From: Octopus sinensis
Taxonomy: Eukaryota
Assembly: GCF_006345805.1 (NCBI RefSeq)
Contig: NC_043013.1
Coordinates: 23,808,001-23,872,000, forward strand
Direction: 5' to 3'
Length of the DNA: 64,000 bases
Below are positions 23,937-34,584 of this stretch, one piece after another (positions within the stretch are counted from its first letter, which is position 1; every line of letters begins with the position of its first letter). A program made the translations under genes and the position numbers. Under the pieces are notes generated by a model that saw only the letters and a program-made list of their open reading frames with translations, did not search any database and was not told the DNA's origin.

Positions 23937-25329
23937 TTGATTGATCCTAAAAGAATGAAGGGCATAGTTGACCTCCATTGCATTTGAACTAAGAATGCAA
24001 AGAACCAGAACAACTATCACAAAGTATTCTAGCTCTCTGATAACTCTACCAATTTGTCTCTCTCTCTCTCTTTCGGAGAGGCACAAGCACCTACACGCAC
24101 ATGTACACACACGGCAGTAACTTCCGCCTGCCGAATTCAATCACAAAGCTTCGGTCGGCTCGGGGCTATAGCAGAAGACACCTACCCAAAGTGCCACGCA
24201 GTGGGACTGAACCCGAAACCATGTAGCTAGGAAGCAAACTCCCTAACCACACAGCCATGCCTGCTCTCATTTCAAATTATTTAATTTACTCCTGGATAAA
24301 TATACATCGACCAAAAGAAAACCATAGGAAGCTAGAAGACTGAGGTTTGCTGACCTATAATTGTTCATGGCCACAGACTGAATTACTTGAATTCTTAAGC
24401 ACTATCAGCCACCACAACGGTGGAATTTCCTTTCTCCAGTTATGGTCAACAAAAAACAGACAGAAGAAAGTTTTGTGACAAACTTTGCTTCATTTAGGTC
24501 AGCCCTCTTGAACCGTTTTCCTCTTCCAGTTCATTGTTTTCCTGTCTCTTTTATGTTGTATTGTTGGTTGCTATTTCCTTCCATCCTATTTTCCATTCAG
24601 ATCATGTTGTCTATTATTTAGCACTGCTCATTATTGATTAAATGATTAACTTACCTGGTTACTAGCATATCCAGATAGTTGGAGCTTGTAACAAATACAG
24701 ATGCAATGACAATAACAATATTCTAAAGAAATAAATATTTAATAACAAATGAACTATGGCTAATAATAACTAAGCATAATTAATTCTCCACTTCAGAAAA
24801 TGACCGTTTTATGAGAGATCTTTTTGTTAATCTGCAACTGTTTAGCATTTCTTCTACTGATTATTGTGTGTCAGCTAAACTGGTTTCTTGCATGAAATCT
24901 TTAAAAAAATTTTCTAAGTATGAAAGTACTGTAAGTAATTGTATAGAGAAGTCAGGGGTTTTAATATTTTTGAAGCGTTCAACAGTCAAGCAACAGTATG
25001 AAGTTCAACCACAGTTTGTAAGTTTGTACTTCATTGCACAATTTAGTTGAAATGATAACAAGTCACAGAATCAAGTCAACTATTTTCTGTTTTAGACCTC
25101 TGGTCAAGAATTGATATAAACCTTGAAATTCCAAATCAATAATTAAATGCTTGTGATGAGTTGTAAGAGTGTTTTTTGAACTTGTAACCTTAACTTCCTT
25201 GCATCTCAATTGATTTGATGTGCAATTATCAGCAGATGTTTTATTACTTAGATGTGTAAATAGTATCAGAGTTTCGTTTTGGGATTTGGTTTGCAAGATT
25301 CTTTATGTGAGTTCGTGTGTTGAAGCATA

Positions 25330-25577
25330 TTCTGTTGTGTCTGGGGAGAGTCATTTTCTTTTTGTGTCTTATAATTTAACACACTCACCGGTAAAATTTC
25401 CACTTATTTCTTATTTTCATTTTCCTAAAATTTTCGTTGCGTCTTATATTGAAAAGGTTGCAAGATGCAATGAAAATTTTAGGAAAATAAAAATAAGAAA
25501 TAAGTGGAAATTTTACCAGTGAGTGTGTTAAATTATAAGACACAAAAAGAAAATGACTCTCCCCAGACACAGCAGAG
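25330..25577. mobile_element. Foldback MITE with TA flanks (Tc1/mariner-type target)
   Basis: ~115-bp inverted arms with a ~16-nt loop; TA at 25328-25329 and 25578-25579. Confidence 0.75.
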
Positions 25578-25689
25578 TATCAGAGTTGTTTTTGAACTAG
25601 AAACCATTATTTCTAAATTAAGAGAGATAACATATTCTTAAACACTGAATACATTTATTATGACTGCTTTTACTGAAATATAATCTAAA

Positions 25690-26450
25690 TAACTTATTTG
25701 TAGTACATTATTTACATTTGATGGATATTTGTCCTCATCTTGTTTGTTGTTAACACATTTCAGCTGATACACCCTCCATACTTCATCAGGTGTCTTGGGG
25801 AAATTTTGAACTTGGGTTCTCATTCCTAAGGTAATTTTCAATGTTATCATTATTATGCCCATGGGCATATGGTGTGGTGGTTAAGAGTGTGGGCTACTAA
25901 CCCCAAGATTCCAAGTTCAATTCCAGGCAGTGACTTGAATAATAATAATAATAATTATTATTATTATTATTTCTTTATTGCCCACAGGGGGCTAAACATA
26001 GAGGGGACCTGAATAATAATAATAATAATTATTATTATTATTATTTCTTTATTGCCCACAGGGGGCTAAACATAGAGGGGACAAACAAAAGGATTAAGTT
26101 GATTACATCGACCCCAGTGTGTAACTGGTACTTATTTAATCAACCCCGAAAGGATGAAAGACAAAGTCAACCTTTGTGGAATCTGAACTCAGAACGTAAC
26201 AGCAGACAAAATACCACTAAGTATTTCACCTGGTGTGCTACCAATTCTGTCAGCTCACCATCCTTAAATAATAATAATAATAATATCAAAAAGTATCTTA
26301 GGAATGAGAACCCAGGTTCAAAATTTCCCAAAACACCTGATGAAGGCTGGAGCATATATCATCTGAAATGTGTTAACAAACAAGATGAGGGCAAATATCC
26401 GTCAAATGTAAATAATTTACATAATTCCTCATCTCTTAAATATAGAACTT
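25690..26450. mobile_element. Inverted pair of the same pLTR family (25690-25830 minus, 26290-26450 plus) enclosing SINE pieces
   Basis: Both arms carry CAC-CTGATGA-A...GAAAT-GTGTT and share the same 3-nt loss in stem III relative to the copy at 4718. Confidence 0.75.
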
Positions 26451-26753
26451 TACTTATAGTGTTGTGGATAAGAATGTTAGTACTCTTAGTTAATAAATTA
26501 AATGTTGCTGAGATCCAGTCTCTTTCTATGCAAATATATAGGAATAAAACACTTGACAATGAATGAAGATGAAAACGATGTGGAAAAGCAAATATTTAAA
26601 ACTGTTTTATTTCTAACAAAGAACTGAAGAATAATAATCTTATTTCAAATAGGAAAAATTAACAAATCTTTTATTGAATTCATACACAGAAGTCATTAAA
26701 ATATGTAATTATTAGTTGACAAAGAGTAAACAGTTAAGCACCATTCTCTATTC

Positions 26754-27015
26754 CAGTGGCTCCCTAAGTGGGCAGTATTGAGCCCCTGGGGGCAGTGGAA
26801 AGTTCCAAGGGGGCGTTGTAGAAAAGTGGGGTGATAATGGGGGTAGATATTCATGTGAAAACAACAAAATAATGGATTAATTAGGTTGTTTTAATTGTGA
26901 AATACAATTGCTTTGAATTTGCTTCAGACAGAGGTCTATGGTTGTGATGGTTAGTTGGGGTGGGGGGCAGAAAGTGTCAAGAGGGCTGCAGCCCAAAAAT
27001 GTTTGGGAACCACTG
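26754..27015. mobile_element. hAT-type MITE (SINE-free copy of the family at 2633)
   Basis: CAGTGG...CCACTG ends; 8-bp TSD CTCTATTC/TTCTATTC. Confidence 0.85.
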
Positions 27016-27410
27016 TTCTATTCTCTCATGTTTAACATTTTCAGTATCTCAATCGTAATCAATGTTGAGTAATTAACATCTTGAACAGTTTTTAAGCAAA
27101 AAATAACAAGTTGTTCTAAAAACGCATATCGTTTATTCTTTTGCTGGTTTCAGATATTAAGACTGTGATGGCCAGGCTGGAGCACAGGTTTCAAGGGTTT
27201 TTACTTGATCATCTCTCACCAGTTCTTATTTTAGTCTGTAATCTGTTTTATTCATCTTAATCCACGGAATGATTTAAGTAACTTTTTGACAGAACTAGAT
27301 GCAATTCAACACATTATATAAGGACACATATGTCCATACATCCATATCTATCTAGCTACCTATCTATCTCTATCTATCTAATCCGTCCATCCACCCACCC
27401 ACCCATCTAT

Positions 27411-27632
27411 TCATGAGGAAGTGCTGAAAATATTCCTGGCTTTGAGTAAAAGAAAATACTGGAGGATCAGTAAATTGTGATTTTATTCTACATAATCCCT
27501 TCACAGATTCACACACTTATGGCAGTGATCCTTCAGTGTTTCTAACCTCTCTAAATGTATCTGGATAGTTGGGCCTTCAACCAAGCCTTTAGCCATACCC
27601 TTAAAGCCAGGAACCTTTCAGCACCTCTTTGA
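27411..27632. mobile_element. Mariner-derived MITE
   Basis: Imperfect TIRs GTGCTGAAAATATTCCTGGCTTT and AAAGCCAGGAACCTTTCAGCAC. Confidence 0.55.
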
Positions 27633-28929
27633 TCTATCTTTCTCTCTCTCTCTCTCTCTCATAAAACTCTGAGTATGTATGTGTGTTTGTTAAGCAAAGC
27701 AATTTACATACATACACTGCATACCACTAAACAGTTCATATTGATCTTAAGAAAGATTTCTGTTACTTTTCACCCTAACTGCTTTATTTAGCTTCATCAA
27801 TAACTAACCACATTACTCTGCTTCATTGTACACACAAATTTTTTTAAGTTATGTTGAAGTTGTACTTCTATAACCCAATGAATTACAGAAGTTACTGTCA
27901 GCAAGAAATGCCATACAAAGATTCAAAATTTTTTAAAGTTGTGAAAACATCCTGGCCTAACACCTACAGCATCACATTATCAATAAGAACAACAGTCATT
28001 TTTAATATTTCATTTTTTACAACCATTTTTAAATAGTAGAAAGTAATCTTGAAGCAGAATAAAATCTGATTATGAACATTAAGTAACGAATGTTACGTCT
28101 CCTTTTCAAAAAACATTCCCCAATGGCCACCTTGCAATTTATACAATAAAAGTAGAATGTAGAAGATGGTCCTCAACCAAATGGAGGCATGGTATAGGTG
28201 AAACACTGGATCTATAGATTTTCTCTGGAATTTGGACTATTTGCATGCCATTATTTTGCTTGAATAGGGCTGCACAACGATTAAAGATATCCATTATGAA
28301 AATATATTTAGTCTTAATTTATTGGTATTTAAGCTTAGAAACCAAATCCGTTGATGGAACAAATTTAACAAAATGGCAAATCCCTGTGGTATAGAAATAT
28401 ATTTCCACTCGCACACACTCTCAATATAGGGATAGGATTCTGGCTCTTCAGCTTTTGCTGTACTTATTCCACATAATTGATTTACATAAATGTTTTTATT
28501 CCATAGAATTGATTTCACGATAAGCTAAAGGGCAATTTTGGTTGCAGTGTTATTAAAAATGTAATCGAGATTTATTCATTACTAAGTGTACATATTTTGG
28601 CAAAATTCCTCCTATAAAGGAATTCTATGGAGAAATGAAAGGTAAAGTTCATCTCACTAATATTTGAAACTAGAATCAAGAGGGATAAAACCGTAAAAAA
28701 AATAAGTTATGATAGGAGTGTTTTGCTTAGTCTAATTGATATGAGGAGTGACAAATCTACAGTTAGCTTCGATTTCAGATTTTTACCCTAAATACCAAAT
28801 CTTCTTTGTCTGGTGCTCGTTTCTCTGTCATCTCTATTGCACTTCTTCATCCAACACAATTTGACTGCAGTATTTTATGTACTTCTCTTCACTCTTATTC
28901 CTTCTCCACTCTTTTCTTCTTCTTCTCCA

Positions 28930-29220
28930 CTTGTATAATTTGGGAGCACCAGCTCAGACTGTCAGGCCATGTTGCTCGCTTTTCTGAGCCAGACCTTGCT
29001 TATCCTGTTCTCTTCACTGAAGATCTGGTTGGAGTGCTGGCTTGTGCTGATCAACCACATGCCACATGGTCTCAGCAGATGAGGAGGAGGTATCTTGCAG
29101 AGTTGAGGACTGACTGGAACTCTGATAGATGGGTTAGGGTTAAGGGACCTGAGAATATGTCAACAAATGATGAGTGCAGTAACATGCAGCTGCAATGAAA
29201 CATGCACCTACACCTGACCT
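28930..29220 (+). mobile_element. LINE RT C-terminal remnant (RTE/RTE-X-like)
   Basis: IWEHQLRLSGHVARFSEPDLAYPVLF...PHATW within ORF 28806-29198. Similar decayed tails at ~18950-19245 (RRRS*KCIGHTL) and ~30180-30400. Confidence 0.65.
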
Positions 29221-31139
29221 ATTCATAGTGTAGATGTGGATGCGAAACACTTTGGGCTACAAAAATCAAATGCTGCCACATATCTTGCCAAGTAACTTCA
29301 TGACATGTCTAGCATCATCATCATTTCATGTCCGTTTTCCATGCAGTGGAATAGATTTTTACACTTGTAGAAGCATAACAACACATATTAAAAAAATAAT
29401 AATAGTAAATCTTTCAGCTGTCTGTAATTTGACACTTTTCCATTACTCAATTACGCAAAAGTGATGGACAGCTATAGGTCTGGGTTTCAATATCAAAGAA
29501 AAGAAAAAGAACCTTGCTCCCATCCCCGCTCTCACAAAAAATTCTCAGAGACAGTTGTTGATCTCAAAATAAATAAATAAAAACTCCAAAAAAAATTACC
29601 ACCAATTTTCAGCATAAAAATTAATGGAACAACCTTGAGACGGAGTTGAGAGCTTTAAATATTTGGAAAGTATCATATGGGTAAACATCAGAGAAATGAA
29701 ATGAATGATTTGATTGCTTTCAGTGGGATCCAATATCTATTGTCAAATAAAATGGCTTTTAATAACAGCTAGAACATTCTAGTAGCACACATAGACCAAT
29801 CTTTACATATGGCTGGGTAATCTGGATACATCAACAAACAGATGTAGAAGTTTATGTCAAGGGTGCAGTAATGAGGTTCTTTCACTGAATGCTGGAGGTG
29901 TCCCTTTACTTCTCAAACAGATGATTCTCAGGATCACCCCTGTAAAAGGGAAATCTTTTGTTTCCCCATCCACACTTTACTAATGAGAAGACCAAATACA
30001 GTTTGCGTTCAAATAATTTTTCTTTCATTGCCATAGTATTGGAAAGTTGTAACTTTAAACCTATGTCAGTTTGATTGCATATAACTATTTGTTTGTCCTT
30101 TTTTTTTTTCAATCCTCACAGCCTTTTCTTTATGAGGAAAACTGACCTCTGTACAGAGTCACAAATGTTAAAGTAATTAGATAAGTTGAAATCGTCATAA
30201 AAGAGCAACAGAATAAGTTCACTGGACATCACTTGAGAAGACAAAACATTGATTATGCCAACTGGATAACTGAAGGGAAAAGAGAGAGAGAAGATACTTA
30301 ATGGTCTTACTAGCTAGCTACATTGAAAAAAAAAATGTTGTGTATATGACACGAGGGAACGGATGTCCATGATGATCAGGACCTGTAGCTGCGACACACG
30401 AAGAAGTGAAAGGCTGTGAGTTAAAAAATATTCTCTATATGTATGTCATCACCCATGTTTGTGAGTAATATGCTGTTAACTAATTAGGGAAAGGCTAAGT
30501 AATAAAACTTTCCCCAGCCAAATTAAAAATGTTTCTAGACAAAAAAAGACTCCAACTTTGTAGAATATTTAAAAACATAATTATGGCCAAATTTCTTGTT
30601 CCGACCGAAATGTTTGTGGCTAGAGCAACATACAGAGGTCTTGTCTTATTTTTGCATGTTGAACAAAGTGTGCTTCAACAATATCGTTGAGAGAAAATAC
30701 TACAGGAAAGCATTCAACATAATAATTACAATATGGTAGTCTCACACATATAATATAGTAAACTAAAAAAAACTTCGATCAGCCGATATTAACAAAACTC
30801 CCTCTACGAGCTTATAATCTCCAAACAATAAGTGAAGGAAATAACTCCATCAAAGTCAATTAACCAAAATTTTGTAACAATACAAACAATGCAGACTGAA
30901 TTTAAAATGTTTCAGCCTTATTAGAGCTTCTCAGCATATTCCGCTAAGTTGCCAAGACGAGGAAATGATATTTAAGGATGTGCTAAGATTTTGACTTTTC
31001 CGTTAAAAGTTTGATTAACAAGTCAGAAAGGTTAAAATATATCAATAAAAATATCTGACAATAACAAGGAAATATTCGCTGAAAAAGTAAGAACATTCTC
31101 CGCAGAAATAAGATTGTTGCCATTTCTGGCGTGTTTTGA

Positions 31140-31290
31140 CAAATAGTTGTCATGGTAACAGCAGGGATGGTGGACAGGAAGTACTTGTGTATGTCTGGTT
31201 CACGTCTGCGCAGGCGCGAAAAGGATCACTTTCATTTGTGGAAGTCACTAACGGAAGTAAGGCTATTAACCTTTGCGCATGACCTTACAG
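31140..31290. promoter_or_regulatory. Promoter-like motif cluster upstream of AGAP, possibly bidirectional
   Basis: GTTGTCATGGTAAC (RFX X-box-like, 31146-31159); CAGGAAGT (31175) and CGGAAGT (31252) ETS-like; TGCGCAGGCGC (31207) and TGCGCATG (31274) NRF1-like. Locally CpG-retaining, repeat-free, about 550 bp upstream of the ATG. Confidence 0.6.
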
Positions 31291-31689
31291 AACTATTCTG
31301 AGACAACAATTAAAATGAAAGTGCGAGGTAAATACCATCGTATTCTCCTCTAGACGACTTACTAAATCTCATTACTCTAGATTATTAGCTCCAGACTGAA
31401 ATACTCAACCAACACAAGATATATTCACTTGTTTTAACGTTCACTTTATAGATTTAATCGATATCATTCAGTCAATCGAAACATTCAAAATTGTAACGGA
31501 AAAAAAGAGATTCATATTATCTAAGCAGGATATATGCAATAGATGTATTACCAAGTCTGTTATCTCATCTAATTTAATGCCTGCATCGAATAGATAGTGA
31601 CAATATTACTGCTAACACATTTGTTAACGAGTCCATTTATTTCCCATTTAGCCATCCGTACTTTTGGTTTTTTCCTCCCAATTTCTACA

Positions 31690-31835
31690 ACAGTCTCCAC
31701 ACGCATGCGCACCACTACCAAGCCATCTTGATTCAATGCAGAAATCTCTTGTCAGGAAATATTTCTCATTGTTTTGTTTATAAATACCGGATTATGGTTT
31801 TAAATGAAAGAAGATGACATTTGACGGACCCCAGG
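31690..31835 (+). promoter_or_regulatory. Proximal promoter or 5' leader of AGAP exon with upstream ATGs
   Basis: CGCATGCGC (NRF1-like, ~31702) and GCCATCTT (YY1-like, ~31722). Polypyrimidine tract plus CAG acceptor at 31691-31693. ATGs at 31736, 31794, 31804 and 31814, none giving an N-terminal extension of the main ORF. Confidence 0.45.
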
Positions 31836-32010
31836 ATGAATCTAAGGAGTCCAATACAGCCTTACTTGAGCAATTCTCTTGCGATTCGTCAGGAAATACA
31901 ACGATTTGAAAGTGTCCATCCCAGTATCTATGCCATCTATGACTTGATAGAAGCGATCCAGGATCCGTTAATACAACAACAAGTTCGCGAACATGTTGTT
32001 TGTATTGAAG
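31836..32010 (+). CDS. AGAP1: First coding exon (58 codons + 1 nt, phase-1 donor) of an Arf-GAP with GTPase, ANK repeat and PH domain (centaurin-gamma) gene; rest of gene outside the window
   Basis: Translates [58 protein letters not shown], which matches my recollection of the AGAP1/AGAP3/CenG1A N-terminus (...[23 protein letters not shown]...IREHVIAIED). It ends at GAAG|GTTAGT, where the next residue D (G|AT) is expected. AGAP1 vs AGAP3 cannot be separated; an invertebrate likely has one pro-orthologue. Confidence 0.93.
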
Positions 32011-32257
32011 GTTAGTATGAGTTCACTCTACATTTTCAACATCGCAAAGCAAATATCTGTATATCTGAAGTATAAAAGAATATTTAAACACCGTCCCTGT
32101 TGTATTAAAACATTGTTGTGTAGCTCTCACCGTCGTCGCCGCCGCCGCCCTCCTGTCATCTCTCTTTTAGATTGACACAGTTGAAGGAAGGGTTCACGCT
32201 TAATGCCGTTTATTCGGGAGGATTTCAATTAATATTACTCCAAATATAAATGAATGG

Positions 32258-32474
32258 GGTACTACTTGAGAACAGTGGTCCCGGTGCGCGCACTCGCGTA
32301 GTCGCGCTAGCTAGTCGTGACTAGTCGATCCTACAACGACTACCTAGCAAAGTAAATAAAACACAATAAATAATTTTTGTTAAACAAAGTAAATAAAACA
32401 CAAAGTAAGGATCGACTAGTCACGACTAGCTTGCGCGAGTGCGCGCACCGGGACCACTGTTCTCAAGTAGTACC
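32258..32474. mobile_element. CpG-rich MITE/foldback with ~65-75-bp near-perfect TIRs
   Basis: 41-bp and 24-bp blocks are perfectly complementary between the arms. A-rich spacer with repeated CAAAGTAAATAAAACACAA. No clear TSD. Confidence 0.8.
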
Positions 32475-34540
32475 ATAAATAAAACGGTTTTTCTCAACCT
32501 TGTAAAATGAAAGCAATCGCGGTGATTTTTGTTATGAAAATATTAAAAAAAAAGAGAAGCCTTGATAATTATATAATATATTTTTACAAGAGCAAAATAG
32601 CCCCGATTTTTAAAGGCAACAAAAAAAAAAAGATCGTGTGACATTCATGCCTTTTCCGGGGCCAAGAGCAATGAAAATGGTGTTAAATGATTTTTAACCA
32701 GTAATCGAAACCGAGTTGCATACTCAGCTTCGCAGAGAATTCACGTTTTCTTTACAGGTTTTTGTCAATAATAATAATAATAATAATAATTCTTCTGATA
32801 CCGGTCGAGTGGAAGCACCGATCATCGTTCATTTTGCCAATCTAATGTAACACCTCCCAGGCCCATCTAAAACAAAATGTCAAAATTGTATGATTTATTG
32901 GCAGAATTCTTCCTTGTTGACTCTGATGCTGCATTATATTATTATTAGTGGGTGTGCAATGTGTACAGATACTACATGATACGAACATGAATTCTAATTC
33001 CATATTTTATACACTCTGTATATATATATATATATATAATGTGTGTGTGTATTATAAATTCAGTGATTTTTCTGATAGAAATATGTCTACAAATTTCAAT
33101 TATTTTTAACATCTCGTTTTTATACAATTCCTCTATTTTTGACCTGGATGTTTCTTGTCATCGATTTCCATTCTCTTTAAATGCTATTAATCTAATGACT
33201 AATTATTATGTGTGACTTTGAATAGCAAAACACCAGCAATATGACGTTTGCTTGTTAAATATTAAATATCAGACATGTGTGAAGTGTCTTATCTTCACAT
33301 TTCTTCGCTTGCCAATGTCTTTTCTCTTGAAATTGAATTAGATATCATCTTCTCAGCAACAAGGAATTCTTTCAGTTGATCCATTCTTTTAAGATACTTC
33401 ATCGAATTATTCTATAATCTTTTTTCTTTCTTGCTTTCATTGTTCACGATATTGGTGGAAGTAAAGACATTGAGCGAAGGTACATTGGAGATAGAACTTG
33501 GCGAGGGTTGTCTGCGCAAAACATTAACCACTGATAACTCTCCATTTATCTCTCAAGATTTGCTTGTCTTCATACATTTTTATACTCTAAAACCGACTCC
33601 TTAAATTTCATTTTAAGCAAACGGTTATTTTTCTAATATATCTTTAATTATACTGGTATCTATGTAGACTAGTGAGTTTGCTTAATTATATTAAACCAAA
33701 TTTCATTGTGAAACACCTATGTTCTGCATAAACAGGGATCGATTTACAGCTACCGAAACTGATCCCCCATTTTGAGAATTGCTTCAACTGTTTCTCCCAT
33801 ATCTTTTCCCCGTCTGTCATTCCATTCTATTAGAACTGATTTTATATAATAGCTAATTAGGAACTCTGCAGAAATCGAATGTATTTTGTCTTCAAATTTT
33901 TATTTCCTCAAAACTGCAATAGTAGTCGTTGTAGCAGTTAACTACTTCGTAAAATGGCCAGTTTTAATATTCATCCGGCAAGCTTGTAAGGAAATATCCA
34001 ATAAATAAACTGACCACTGTTCTATCCAACTACTGCTACTATGACAAGGCCACTTTCTCCTGCTATATCAGCTGATACTGACGTTTGGTCTTGCTCTCTT
34101 TCCTGGTGAAATGACTAAATACAGAAGGGAAGCAGAATAGTAGTTGCAGTAGTAGTAGTTGTAGTAGCAGCAGTAATAATAATACTACTACTAGTAGTAG
34201 TTGTTGTGGTAGTAGTAGTTATAGTAGTAGTAGTGTTGCCGTATGTATGATGACTACAACCGGCGCCTTTCTTCTCTCTTGTAGCTCGCATCAGCTAGTT
34301 TTACCTACCTACTTCCCTATTACCTACACTAACTCGAAATCTACTAACGTCGTCTATATTACTACTTCCATCTACTTTCTCTTCCGTCTGACGCACCGTT
34401 CTCTCTCTCTCTTAACAAAATATTTAATTTATGGAAGAACATAGCTTGGATTCCTTGGATTTTCGTCGAATGTAATTTTTACTTGGAGATACTTTAGTCA
34501 ATTATAATATTTAATAGTTCTGTTTCTTCCACAAATTTAA

Positions 34541-34584
<44 letters not shown>

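Noticed and set aside
24780-25310. Minus-strand stretch that looks like decayed coding sequence
   Set aside because: No motif that I can assign to a transposase or gene family.
26099-26566. 155-aa ORF
   Set aside because: Chance read-through across an antisense SINE, an (AAT)n tract and a pLTR copy.
32161-32180. Acceptor CTCTCTTTTAG|ATTGA beginning with AT like the expected exon 2
   Set aside because: It gives D then an immediate stop and no SFVNSQEW. At most a cryptic site.
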